A DNA stretch of 64,000 bases, taken from positions 672,001-736,000 of the forward strand of contig JBPOGI010000002.1 of NCBI GenBank assembly GCA_051251855.1, written 5' to 3'. The number at the start of each line of letters is the position of its first letter. Within the stretch, counting starts at the first letter, position 1. This stretch comes from Roseibacillus sp. Lineage in GTDB: Bacteria; Verrucomicrobiota; Verrucomicrobiia; Verrucomicrobiales; Akkermansiaceae. The translations under genes and the position numbers were made by a program. Under the pieces are notes generated by a model. It was not told the origin of the DNA. It searched no databases and saw only the letters and a program-made list of their open reading frames with translations. This document shows, piece after piece, positions 9,258-19,700 of this stretch.

Positions 9258-10283
9258 ATGAACACCACACTTTTTAAAGGCTTACTCATCGGAGCTTGCA
9301 GCACATCGTTAGTGACCGCCAACCCGGATGAATGGACCGTGACTCTTGTGCAGAAGCACTTGGAATCGGCCGGAGTCTTCCAAGGCGAAGTCGAGATGGA
9401 AGGTAACCGCGTTTCCTTTGCTCCTGTTCCCGAAGGCGGCTCTGAGTTCACGTTGTGGGCTTATCGACGCGGACCTAACGGATTGGAAGAGCATCAAGTG
9501 GACACTGAAGTTGTCGGAGCCTATCTTCCGAAGGGAAGGCTATGGATTACAACAGAGGATCCTTACACTGGAGGAATTCCTCGGACCCGCATCGACCAAG
9601 GCTTTACTTTGAACTTTGAGATCGAAGGACTCATGAGTGGTTCGGATGCTCCAAAAGCTGCAAAGAGGGTTCTGTTAGACCATAGGCTCGCTTCCGCTGA
9701 AGGAGATCCTAAGGAATCGAATCTCGGACCTGAGAAAGACTTCAAGCAGAGCTTTATCACGCGAAATGGTCCCGGAGGGATTCAATTCTCAGCGAGTAAT
9801 TTGCCTGGCACAGATATTTACAACGATTCGGGGGTAGAGACCTTTAGGCTCTATGCTTTGCCGGACGGTGAAACTGCGGAGTTGGAGCTGTCCTCTGCCC
9901 AAGTTCAAATTTGGCCAATGTCTCAGGCGTCTTTCCGCGGAATCTCTACTTCAGAGGTTTATACCATTGCCCCTGAGGTGGCGGTGGACTTGGTGAATCT
10001 CTATCCTGACAGCGAGACTTGGGTTCAGTTCTATCCCGGCGCACCTAGTCCTGGAACGAACGGAACTCGTCTCACCGAGACTGTTGTCATCGTTAACGAT
10101 GACCGTCCCCGGGATTCAGAAATGATTTTAACAAAGTTAGATACTGTCCTTTCGGACAATGGAACATGGACTTTGGAAGTTATCACACGCACTCCCTTTG
10201 GAGCTGAAGTGATTGAAAGTGCGACGATTGAAATTGACCGCGACCTGATGTTGCGTGGTTCTTTCCAAGCTCTCACCGATTAG
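9258..10283 (+). CDS. Secreted hypothetical protein, beta-rich
   Basis: Signal peptide; 341-aa ORF followed by a terminator. Confidence 0.75.
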   Translation: MNTTLFKGLLIGACSTSLVTANPDEWTVTLVQKHLESAGVFQGEVEMEGNRVSFAPVPEGGSEFTLWAYRRGPNGLEEHQVDTEVVGAYLPKGRLWITTEDPYTGGIPRTRIDQGFTLNFEIEGLMSGSDAPKAAKRVLLDHRLASAEGDPKESNLGPEKDFKQSFITRNGPGGIQFSASNLPGTDIYNDSGVETFRLYALPDGETAELELSSAQVQIWPMSQASFRGISTSEVYTIAPEVAVDLVNLYPDSETWVQFYPGAPSPGTNGTRLTETVVIVNDDRPRDSEMILTKLDTVLSDNGTWTLEVITRTPFGAEVIESATIEIDRDLMLRGSFQALTD

Positions 10284-10335
10284 AGAAGTCTTTAATTTTT
10301 GGCCCCGCAACTTGCTACGTTGTCAGACCATAGAA

Positions 10336-10375
10336 GAAAACCCCTGTGTCTTTTTATTAAGACACGGGGCTTTTC
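10336..10375. terminator. Probable bidirectional intrinsic terminator
   Basis: GAAAA-CCCCTGTGTCTT...AAGACACGGGG-CTTTTC between convergent genes. Confidence 0.7.
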
Positions 10376-10388
10376 TGTTTATGGCCAT

Positions 10389-13300
10389 TTAGTAAAGCTT
10401 CACCAAGCAGGGAGCTGCGGTGAAGAGGAGTTGAGCAGAGATGTCTTCCGCAGGGAGGTTGAGGAGGGCTGAGGTGGCGGCGCGATAGCTTTCCATTTGG
10501 GACTGGTAGTTCTGGGCTTTGTCTTGTGCTTCGGCCTCGTTGCTCACTTGGTCAGTTTTGAAGTCAATAATGGAGGCCGAGAGAGGTTTTCCGTTTGCAT
10601 CTTTGATAATCGTAACGCGGTCAATGGTTCCAGAGGTCCATTGGTCGTTGAGAAGAATCTCAAAGTTCTGCTCGCGCCAGAGTTCGGCTGTTTGGTTAGG
10701 CTCAAGAGCAGGTTTGGAAAGCGCCTGTTGGCAGGTTGGGTCGGACATGACTTTCAGAACAGGGGTGAGAGTTTCCTGAGGGAACTCACTTTTGTTCGGG
10801 AGAGGGTTGGCGGTGTCGGCCCATTCGATTTGTTCGAAAAGAGCGTGCACCGCAGAGCCGAACTCGAGGGCGGTGTTTTCTTGCGGGGAGAAACGTTGTT
10901 TTGTGGGGGCGGCGGTGGCGGTTCGAGAGGGGGTGCGCCGAGTAGGACGTGGTCGCGGGGTGAGTTGAGGTCTGGCTCGGGTTGGGGCTGAGGGTGCGGG
11001 TTTCGAGTCTTTTTTAGCGAGCTGCTGCCACCATTGAGGGTGGGAGGTTGGGAGTTCGCTTTCGTAGATTTTTTGGAAGGAGACGCCTTGGAGGGTGGCT
11101 TCTTGGGGGGCGTCCCAGGCGAGGGTGTTGTCGAGGAGTCTGACGAAGTTCTTGGAGGTTGATTTTGGCGGGAGGGGGGCGGCGATGAGGTAGTTGGCGT
11201 AGCGGGCGCGGGTGAGGGCGACGTAGAATTTGCAGAGTTGCTCGTAGCCGGCTTCGGCTTCGAGTTGGGTGCGGTGGCGGAGAAGCATCTCGTCCCCTTC
11301 GGCAATGGCTTTGCGGGGGAGGTCGAGGACCCATTCGACTTGGCGGGTTTCGCGATCGCGTTGCACGCCCATGGCGCTGCGGGCGGTGGTGAGGGCGTTG
11401 CCGCCGAGTTGGGGCAGGATGGCCATGTCGTAGGTGAGGCCTTTGGACTTGTGAATGGTCATCACTTGCACCGCGCTTTTGGAGTTGGGTTCGCGCAGGG
11501 TGTAGGATTTGGCGTAACCGAGGAAACGGTCGATGGAGAGTTCGCCGGATTGGTCGAAGATGCGGGCGGCGAGGGCGAGTTCGTTGAGTCTTTGCTTGGA
11601 AAAAGAGTCGTCTAACAGGTTGGCGTTTTCGCAGAGAGTCATCCAGTTGCGAAGGGTGGCTTCGAAGCCGAGTTGGTTGACTTGGTTGCGAATGAGGCTG
11701 GTAAGTTGGGGGAGGGTGAGTTTTTCTTGGGTGACGACTTGTTGCAGGGGGCTGATGGCGAGGTGGCCTTGGGCATACTCGTCGCCGGGATGGGCGGCGA
11801 GGTGAAAGAGGTTGAGGAAGGCGAGGGTGACGGGGTTGTCGACGGCAATGGCGACGTCGGACTCGGAGGCGACGGGGATGTTGCTGGGGGAATGGGTTCG
11901 AATGTAGTCCACGATTTCGCGGCCTTCCTTGTTGCCTTGTACGAGGATGACGCAGGAGAGTCCCTGTTGAATGGGTTGCACTTCTTCGAGGATGGCGAGA
12001 GCAAGGGCGTAGCAGTCTTCGTTGGTGACCTTTTCGCCGTCGGCGGGTCCGGGTTGGTAGTAGGCGGTGAGGCCGGGATGTTCTCGGTTAGGTTCGGCGA
12101 CTTGGTGGGGTGTCCAGTGCCATTGGTCAAGAGCGCGCTGGGGGAGTCCGAGGTCGGCCAAGGCTTGCTTATTGCCGAAGACTTGATTGAGAGGTTGGAT
12201 GACGTCTTCGCCCGAGCGCCAGGAGACGCTGAGGTCGCGCATCTTGAGGGCACGCTCGTTTTCGCCCTCGTAGCGTTTGGCGATGTCGCCGAAGAGTTGA
12301 GTGTCGCCGCCGCGCCAGGCGTAGATGGCTTGTTTGATGTCACCTACTTGGAAGAGGGAGCGTTCGCCGGAGAGGTCTTGCACCGCTTCATCGACGAGGT
12401 TCTCGATGATGGACCACTGCATGTAGGAGGTGTCTTGGAATTCATCTAACAGCCAGTGTTCGAACTTGGCGTCGAGGCGGTAGTCGATGCGGAGGCGGCT
12501 TTCTTCGCTGGGGCCTTGCGCTAGCAGGGGGCGGGGGGCGTCGGAGGAGCCGGCGAGGAGGACTTCGAGGTCGTGGAAGGTGAGTTTGCCTTTGCGCCGA
12601 ACTTGGCGAGAGTAGGTGGACTCGTAATGGGCGAGGATGGCCCAGATGCCTCGGGTGCGGGTGAGGTGGTTGCGGAGCTCGTCACCAACGTAGCGGGTGG
12701 TGATGTCGCTGATGATGCCGCACTCGCGGAGGCCGAAGGTTTGCTTCTTTCGGTTGACCGGAAAGGTGCATTCGCCAGCTTGGATTGCATCCCAGTTCTC
12801 GAGGAATTTCTCGAGGAAGAATTTGACTCGGGTAGCTGGTGGGGAGCCGGGGGTGAGGAGGGGGAGTTGGTCGCGGAACTCTTGCCAGAACTTGTTTTGG
12901 CCTTCGCTGAGCTCATCGGGATTAAAGAGTCCGAAGAGCGCATCGAGGCTACTGAGGTAGTCGGGGGTCTCGCGCAGCCAGGGATTGCCTTGGGGCCAGA
13001 TGCGTTGTTCGTTTCCCCAAAGGACGGGGCTGGCGGCGGCGAGGAGGATGTGGTGGTGCTTGCTGATGAAGTTATCTAACAGGCGCTGCACGGAGGCCTC
13101 GGTGCTGCCGAGGGTGGCGAGGCGGAAGGCTTCAAGGAATTCGTCTTGTTGGTCGGCGTCGCCCGCGCTTTCGAAGACGTGGCGAAAGACGTCGCTGCGC
13201 ACGAGTTCAGCTTCGTGTTCGCCGAGGATTTCGAAGCCACCCGAGAGTCCGAATTCAGCAGGAAAGCTGCGTACGATGTTGGCGAAGAGGGAGTCGAGGG

Positions 13301-13646
13301 TGCCCAGGAAGAGGCGCGGCATGCGCTTGATGAAGAGAACGAGGAGCTCTTGGTAGTGGCTTTGTTTGAGCTTTTTGAGCTGGGAGTAGAGCGGGTTCTG
13401 GACTTCGTCGGGTTCGCCAGCGAGTTCGCGAGCGGCTTCTTCGGAGGTGGCTCCTTTGGCGAGTTTCTTGAGGATTTCGTCGAAGAATTCACCGGCAGCT
13501 TTGCGGGTGAAGGTGACCGCGAGAATGGCCTCGGGACGCGGTTCTTTTCCGGCCAAGAGGTCGCGGCCCATGATGGCGATGTAGCGGTTGGTGAGTTGCC
13601 AGGTCTTGCCGGAACCCGCCGAGGCGAGAATCATTTCGTTATTCAT
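10389..13646 (-). CDS. addA: AddA-like UvrD helicase / PD-(D/E)XK nuclease
   Basis: ASAGSGKT, TFTRKAA, LLDEFQDT, VGDIKQAIYAWRG, MTIHKSKGL, YVALTRA; C-terminal GTIDRV..IIDFKT. Confidence 0.92.
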   Translation of the reverse strand: MNNEMILASAGSGKTWQLTNRYIAIMGRDLLAGKEPRPEAILAVTFTRKAAGEFFDEILKKLAKGATSEEAARELAGEPDEVQNPLYSQLKKLKQSHYQELLVLFIKRMPRLFLGTLDSLFANIVRSFPAEFGLSGGFEILGEHEAELVRSDVFRHVFESAGDADQQDEFLEAFRLATLGSTEASVQRLLDNFISKHHHILLAAASPVLWGNEQRIWPQGNPWLRETPDYLSSLDALFGLFNPDELSEGQNKFWQEFRDQLPLLTPGSPPATRVKFFLEKFLENWDAIQAGECTFPVNRKKQTFGLRECGIISDITTRYVGDELRNHLTRTRGIWAILAHYESTYSRQVRRKGKLTFHDLEVLLAGSSDAPRPLLAQGPSEESRLRIDYRLDAKFEHWLLDEFQDTSYMQWSIIENLVDEAVQDLSGERSLFQVGDIKQAIYAWRGGDTQLFGDIAKRYEGENERALKMRDLSVSWRSGEDVIQPLNQVFGNKQALADLGLPQRALDQWHWTPHQVAEPNREHPGLTAYYQPGPADGEKVTNEDCYALALAILEEVQPIQQGLSCVILVQGNKEGREIVDYIRTHSPSNIPVASESDVAIAVDNPVTLAFLNLFHLAAHPGDEYAQGHLAISPLQQVVTQEKLTLPQLTSLIRNQVNQLGFEATLRNWMTLCENANLLDDSFSKQRLNELALAARIFDQSGELSIDRFLGYAKSYTLREPNSKSAVQVMTIHKSKGLTYDMAILPQLGGNALTTARSAMGVQRDRETRQVEWVLDLPRKAIAEGDEMLLRHRTQLEAEAGYEQLCKFYVALTRARYANYLIAAPLPPKSTSKNFVRLLDNTLAWDAPQEATLQGVSFQKIYESELPTSHPQWWQQLAKKDSKPAPSAPTRARPQLTPRPRPTRRTPSRTATAAPTKQRFSPQENTALEFGSAVHALFEQIEWADTANPLPNKSEFPQETLTPVLKVMSDPTCQQALSKPALEPNQTAELWREQNFEILLNDQWTSGTIDRVTIIKDANGKPLSASIIDFKTDQVSNEAEAQDKAQNYQSQMESYRAATSALLNLPAEDISAQLLFTAAPCLVKLY

Positions 13647-16513
13647 GAGCGGGCGCTAGGTTGGAGGTTGGAAGAATCGATGGCGGAGAGTGGGTCGCCG
13701 AAGAGGAGGGGGGCGAAGTTGTCGTAGTTGGGCTTTTCAGCAGGGGGCCAGAAGACTTGTTTTTGGATGTTTTCGATGACTCCGAGGGCGCATTGACGGG
13801 CGGACTCTAACAGTTCGTCGTCGAGGGTGTGCCAGAGGTCGAGATGGATATCGCCTTTGGAGGCTCCCAGTTGCACGTAGCCGGAGACGCAGTCTTGTTT
13901 GGGGAAGCGGCTGGCGAGGGCGAGAAGGTAGAGGGGGATTTGGAGGTTGGTCCAGAGCATCGCTTTGCCTTTGAGAGAAGTGAGTTGCCAGATGGGGAAG
14001 CCTTCCGGGTTTTCGCTGCGCTTGGGGGCGCGCAGGTGGGCCTTGATGACGGGAGTGGGCTTCTTCTTCGTTTTGAAATCAAGGATGCGGAGGCCGTGAT
14101 CGGGGTGGGTTTCGATGCGGTCGATCATGCCGTTAATGGGCATGTCGCCTAAGGTGAAGGGGGCTTCCTTGGGGGCGAGGTAGGTTTCGGTTTCGAGAAT
14201 GGTCCAACCTTCGGCGCGGTTCTGAGCTTCGTGGCTGGCCCACCAGTTGAGGCGCTGGCGAATGGAGCTGGCCTGAATGAGAAGGGGGGCGGAGAGATTG
14301 GGGCCGTATGTGTTGGCGAGTTTGGTGGCGAGAATGTCTTCGAAGCATTCTTGAATCTCTTTGGCGGACTCTGAAGTGGCGGCAGTGGTTTTGAAAAAAT
14401 CTTCGAGAACGTCGTGAGTGAGGGTGCCGAAGTCGCGCGGGTTGAGCTCCATGCGATCGAGATCGGGCTCGCGCATCTTCAGCCCATATTGGAGGTAGTA
14501 GCGGAAGGGGCAGTCCAGGTAGGTCGAGAAGGCGGTGACAGAGAGGCGTTGGAAGCGCTCGGGGTCGGGGGTGGGTGGGGTGAGCTGCCAGGCCATTTTC
14601 CATGGGAGAGGAATGTGGTCGGATTCGGTTTCGCGGAAGAGGAGGTTGACGCGGTCGGGGAGTTGCTCGGGCGGGGTGGCGAGGAGGAGGCGCGAGGGGC
14701 GCAGGGGATCGTTTTTGCTATTGACGCGACCAAAGATGAGGTCGAGTTGACCATGGTCTTTGCGCGAAGCAATGAGGGCGGCCATGAGATAGCTGTCACG
14801 TGCTTGGCGACTGGCGTTGTGGCGCAGGCCGAGGAGGAGGCGGGCTTGGTTGGGGAGCCAGGGGTGGCTTTGGATGCTTTCGGGGACGAGGCCGTCGTTG
14901 CAACCGGTGAGAATGAGGTGAGGGGCGTCTTCCCAAGGGAGTTCGAGCCAGCCGGGGAGGTCGATGGCGTCGGGGAGGCGCTTGGATGCGAGGACTTGTT
15001 CTTCGAGGAGTGAAAGGAAGAGTTGGAAGCGTTCCGCGCCGGAGCTGTTGGGGAGAGTGAGGGCTCCGATGTCGGAGAGGGTTTGGTTAATGGATTGGGT
15101 GATGGTAGCGAAGCGATCTTCGTCGCTGATGGTGAGGTTTTGGTAGACTTCGCTGAGGAACTGGGGGAGAGCGAGGGAGAGGTTTTCTTTTTCTAACTGG
15201 TCGAGGTGAAAGCCGATCCATTGCAGGGTGCGGACGATGGGGGCTTTGTGTTTTTTGACTTGGTCGAGGATGCTAAGAGCATCGGGGATGGAGTCACAAA
15301 GGTGGCGTTCGTGGAACTCGTCGAAGGCTTCGAGGATGAGATTGGGTGAGAAGGTGTCTTGGCCCTCGGGGACTTGAAAGGAGCCTGCGGATTCAGCGAT
15401 ACCAGGGATGCGGAGGAGGTCGCGGAAGGTGGAGAGGAGGCGGGAAGCCGAGAGGTCACGCAAGGTGCGCAGGAGGTGGCAGATGCCTTGGCGGCTGAGG
15501 GGTTCACCAGCGGGGTCGAAGCTGGCCCAAGTGTGGCTGGTGAGGGATTTTTGAAGAGGGGCAATGACTTCGGGGTCGGGAACGCCGATAGCAGCGAGTT
15601 GATGGGGGGCGTCGTGGTTTTCTAACAGTTGGCAGGCGCGGTCGGCTTGCGCAGCGGGGGAGCTGCACTGATAGATGTTTTTATCGGGAATGGTGAGGTG
15701 GCGGTCGCTCCAAGAGTCGAGAGGCTTGCCGAGCCAGTCGAAATGCTCTGCTTCGGATTCGGGAGCGTGAATGAAGATATCGACAGGGCGGGTGCGGGCA
15801 ATGCGATCAATGAGAGGCTCTAAGGCTGGAGGTGGATCGGGAAGGCCGAGGAGGATAAGCTGGTCGTAGTCATCAGGGAGGGTCCAGGCATCGATGGCTT
15901 GGCGGCGGGCGGCGGAGCGGGCTTGCTTGCCTGCTTTTTCTAGTTTGCGAAAAGTGGCACGCTCGAGCTGGGCGAGCTCTTGCCAGCGTTCGGGCTCGAT
16001 GTCTTGCCCGCCGAGGACTTTGGCGGCGTAGCTGGCGTTGTGAGCTCCTTCACCGAGAAGGGACTGCACGCTGAGGAGTTCCTTGGCCGTCGCGAGGGCC
16101 CAAGAGAAATTTTGCGCAACGGGTTCGACCGGAAAGAGGTGAGTGAGGGAGGGGAGGTCGGCTTCGAGGAGGACTTCGATCCACGCTGCGAGAGATTCTG
16201 CTTTGGTGGCGGTGGGGAGAGCGTCAGTAGGCGGGACGAGGAGGTCGTCGGGATTGAGAATGAGAGGCGAGAGGACGCCGGTGTTTTTTTGCGCGGCATG
16301 AATGGCGAGGCATTCGCGCAAGCGTCGTGAGGCGTTGCGGGTGGGGACGATGAGGAGAAGGCGCGAAAGGTCGAGGGGGCCGCTTTCCCAATCGCGTGCG
16401 AGATGGTCGGTGGCAAGTTCCAAGAGGGGACGATGCCATCCGAGAAAATGGGAGGTCACTTGACGCTCGGGGGCGGCGAAGAGGTCGAGTTCGGATTGCT
16501 GGTCGGAGGCCAT
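13643..16513 (-). CDS. addB: AddB-like subunit with PD-(D/E)XK nuclease domain
   Basis: LSVTAFSTYLDCPFRYYL, GMIDRIE..ILDFKT, LQIPLY; 4-bp overlap with addA. Confidence 0.88.
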   Translation of the reverse strand: MASDQQSELDLFAAPERQVTSHFLGWHRPLLELATDHLARDWESGPLDLSRLLLIVPTRNASRRLRECLAIHAAQKNTGVLSPLILNPDDLLVPPTDALPTATKAESLAAWIEVLLEADLPSLTHLFPVEPVAQNFSWALATAKELLSVQSLLGEGAHNASYAAKVLGGQDIEPERWQELAQLERATFRKLEKAGKQARSAARRQAIDAWTLPDDYDQLILLGLPDPPPALEPLIDRIARTRPVDIFIHAPESEAEHFDWLGKPLDSWSDRHLTIPDKNIYQCSSPAAQADRACQLLENHDAPHQLAAIGVPDPEVIAPLQKSLTSHTWASFDPAGEPLSRQGICHLLRTLRDLSASRLLSTFRDLLRIPGIAESAGSFQVPEGQDTFSPNLILEAFDEFHERHLCDSIPDALSILDQVKKHKAPIVRTLQWIGFHLDQLEKENLSLALPQFLSEVYQNLTISDEDRFATITQSINQTLSDIGALTLPNSSGAERFQLFLSLLEEQVLASKRLPDAIDLPGWLELPWEDAPHLILTGCNDGLVPESIQSHPWLPNQARLLLGLRHNASRQARDSYLMAALIASRKDHGQLDLIFGRVNSKNDPLRPSRLLLATPPEQLPDRVNLLFRETESDHIPLPWKMAWQLTPPTPDPERFQRLSVTAFSTYLDCPFRYYLQYGLKMREPDLDRMELNPRDFGTLTHDVLEDFFKTTAATSESAKEIQECFEDILATKLANTYGPNLSAPLLIQASSIRQRLNWWASHEAQNRAEGWTILETETYLAPKEAPFTLGDMPINGMIDRIETHPDHGLRILDFKTKKKPTPVIKAHLRAPKRSENPEGFPIWQLTSLKGKAMLWTNLQIPLYLLALASRFPKQDCVSGYVQLGASKGDIHLDLWHTLDDELLESARQCALGVIENIQKQVFWPPAEKPNYDNFAPLLFGDPLSAIDSSNLQPSARS

Positions 16514-16566
16514 GGGCCTATTGAAGCGAGAACGCAGGGCAGGGGGAACGGCGAAGTGAGTGTTCT
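16454..16566. repeat. Direct repeat copy 1 (addB 5' end and upstream region)
   Basis: Recurs at 20573-20685 (offset 4119 bp). Confidence 0.9.
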
Positions 16567-16752
16567 TGGAGGAAATGAGTCACGGAAAGTAGCGTTCCTC
16601 TCCGAGTTGCGAACGTGCCGTCGTTTTCCAAAACTGCCGAGCGCGATGAAATTTTCGACTGGCTCAAATCGCCTTTTCATCCCCCAATTTTTGTCGTGTA
16701 GTGTGTTCTCTACTGGTATTTCGCCAGTTCCCATTTCGTTTATCATTTGCTT

Positions 16753-19700
16753 ATGCATGGTTCATTAAGAATTTTCTTTTGGTTATCTGCTGTTTTTTCA
16801 GTCTCTCCGATTCATGCTCAATCGTCCAATCAAGCGCCGGAACTGGTCTTCACAGGCGGAACGCTGGTGGAACGCTGGGCCCGACTGGGCAAGGACATCG
16901 ATGGCGAGGCTGTAGACGATTCTTCAGGCCGTTCAGTATCCTTGAGTGCAGACGGCTTAACCGCAGCCATCGGTGCAGGTGGTAACGATGGCAATGGCTC
17001 TGATTCCGGCCACACTCGCGTTTATCGTTACAATGAGAGGACGACGCAGTGGGAACAGCTGGGCGAAGACATCGATGGCGAGGCTGAAAACGATCGTTCA
17101 GGCGATTCAGTCTCCTTGAGTGCAAATGGCCTCATCGCAGCCATCGGTGCACCACGAAACGATGGCAATGGCTCTGATTCCGGCCACACTCGCGTTTATC
17201 GTTACAATGAGGGAACGACGGAGTGGGAGCAGCTAGGCGAAGACATCGATGGCGAGGCGGCAAATGATACAGGTAGTGCTGTATCCTTGAGTGCAGATGG
17301 CCTCATCGCAGCCATCGGTGCACCACGAAACGATGGAAATGGTACCTATTCCGGCCACACTCGCGTTTATCGTTACAATGAGGGGATGTTACAATGGGAA
17401 CAGCTGGGTGAAGACATTGATGGCGAGGCGGAAAGCGATTTTTCAAGCTGGTCAGTCTCCTTGAGTGCAGACGGCTTCACTGTTGCCATCGGTGCACCAC
17501 TAAACGATGGCAATGGCTCTGGTTCCGGGCACACCCGTATTTACCGTTACAATGAGGGAGCGACGCAGTGGGAACAGCTGGGCGAAGACATCGATGGCGA
17601 GGCGCAAGGCGGTTTTTCAGGCCATTCAGTATCCTTGAGTGCAAACGGCCTCATCGCAGCCATCGGTGCACCACATTACAGTAACAGTGACAATGGCTCT
17701 AGGTTCGGCCACACTCGCGTTTATCGTTACAATGAGGGGATGTTACAATGGGAACAGCTGGGTGAAGACATTGATGGCGAGGCTGCACACAATCGTTCAG
17801 GCTGGTCAGTCTCCTTGAGTGCAGGCGGCCTCACCATTGCCATCGGTGCAGTTGATAACGATGGCAATGGCTCTGGTTCCGGGCACACCCGCATTTATCG
17901 TTACAATGAGGGGATGACGCAGTGGGAACAGCTGGGCGAAGACATCGATGGTGAGGCGGTAGGCGATTTTTCAGGCGGTTCAGTCTCCTTGAGTGCAGAT
18001 GGCCTCACCGCTGCTATTGGTGCCGAACTAAACGATGGCAATGGCTCTAATTCCGGCCACACTCGCCTTTATCGTTACAATCCGAACCAAGTAATTTACT
18101 CCATCGCAGAGAACACTACCGCCATCACCAATGTCATGACGATGGATGATGCAGACTCGGAAGGCTCTGGACTCACTTATGGTCTCGCTGGAATAGATGC
18201 CGAGCTCTTTAGCTGTGATGAGACCACTGGCGAGTTGGCTTTTATCACGGCTCCTGACTTTGAAATGCCAACTGATGATGGCGCGGATAATGTTTATGAT
18301 TTGAATATCATCGTGACTGATTCGGGGACTCTCTTTGACTCTGAATCCATCGCCATCACGGTAACGGACGTGAATGAGTCCCTGAGCTTGACTGGAGCCG
18401 TCGATCTGAACTTGGGCCAGAACGGGATGGGAGCAGTGAATCTGATACTCTCAGACCAAGAAACTCTCAACGGACTGACAATTTTTGCAGAATCCAGCAA
18501 TCAGAATCTTTTGTTAGATTCCTCCTTGTTCTTCACGGGCGCGGGGTCATTGCGTACCCTCACGGTAATTCCTGTCGCTGGTCAAGTGGGCACGACTACC
18601 GTGACGATCACGCTTAGTAGTGACGCCTACAGTATCACCGAGACATTCATTGTAACAGTGGCAAACCAAGCCCCGGAGCTTGTCTTCACAGACGGGACGC
18701 TAACAGGGCTGTGGGAGCAACTGGGCGAAGACATCATTGGCGAGGGTGGCTTAAATTACTCAGGCAGTTCGGTATCCTTGAGTGCAGACGGCTTCACTGC
18801 TGCTATTGGTGCGCCTTTAAATGATGGAAATGGTACCTATTCTGGGCACACCCGCATTTACCGTTACAACGAGGGAACGACGGAGTGGGAGCAGCTTGGC
18901 GAAGATATTGATGGTGAGGCTGCATTAGATCAATCAGGCGGATCAGTATCCTTGAGTGCAGATGGCCTCATCATTGCTATCGGTGCAACTAGAAACGATG
19001 GAAATGGTACCTATTCCGGGCACACCCGGATTTACCGTTACAATCAGGGAACGATGCAGTGGCAACAGCTGGGCGAAGACATCGATGGCGAGGCTGAAAA
19101 CGATTATTCAGGCAGGTCAGTATCCTTGAGTGCAAACGGCTTCACTGTTGCCATCGGTGCTGGAGGAAACGATGGCAATGGTAATGCTTCCGGGCACGCC
19201 CGCATTTACCGTTATAATGAGGGGATGACGCAGTGGGAACAGATGGGCGAAGATATCGATGGCGAAGCGGCCAATGATTTGTCAGGCTGGACAATATCAT
19301 TGAGCGCAGACGGCCTCATCATTGCTATCGGTGCATTAAGTAACGATGTCAATGGCTTATCTTCCGGGCACACCCGAATTTACCGTTACAATGAGGGGAC
19401 GACGCAGTGGGAACAGCTAGGCGAAGACATCGATGGCGAAGAGGCATATGATCGTTTAGGCAGTTCAGTATCATTGAGTGCAGATGGCCTCACCGCTGCT
19501 ATCATTGCAAAAGGTGCCGATGGAAATCGTGCCTATTCCGGGCACACTCGAATTTACCGTTACAATGGGGTTACCGCGCAGTGGAAACAGCTGGGCGAAG
19601 ACATCGATGGCGATGGTTTGGAAGATAGTTCAGTATCCTTGAGTGCAGACGGCCTCACCATTGCTATCGGTGCAGGTAACAGTGGCTCTGGTTTCGGGTT

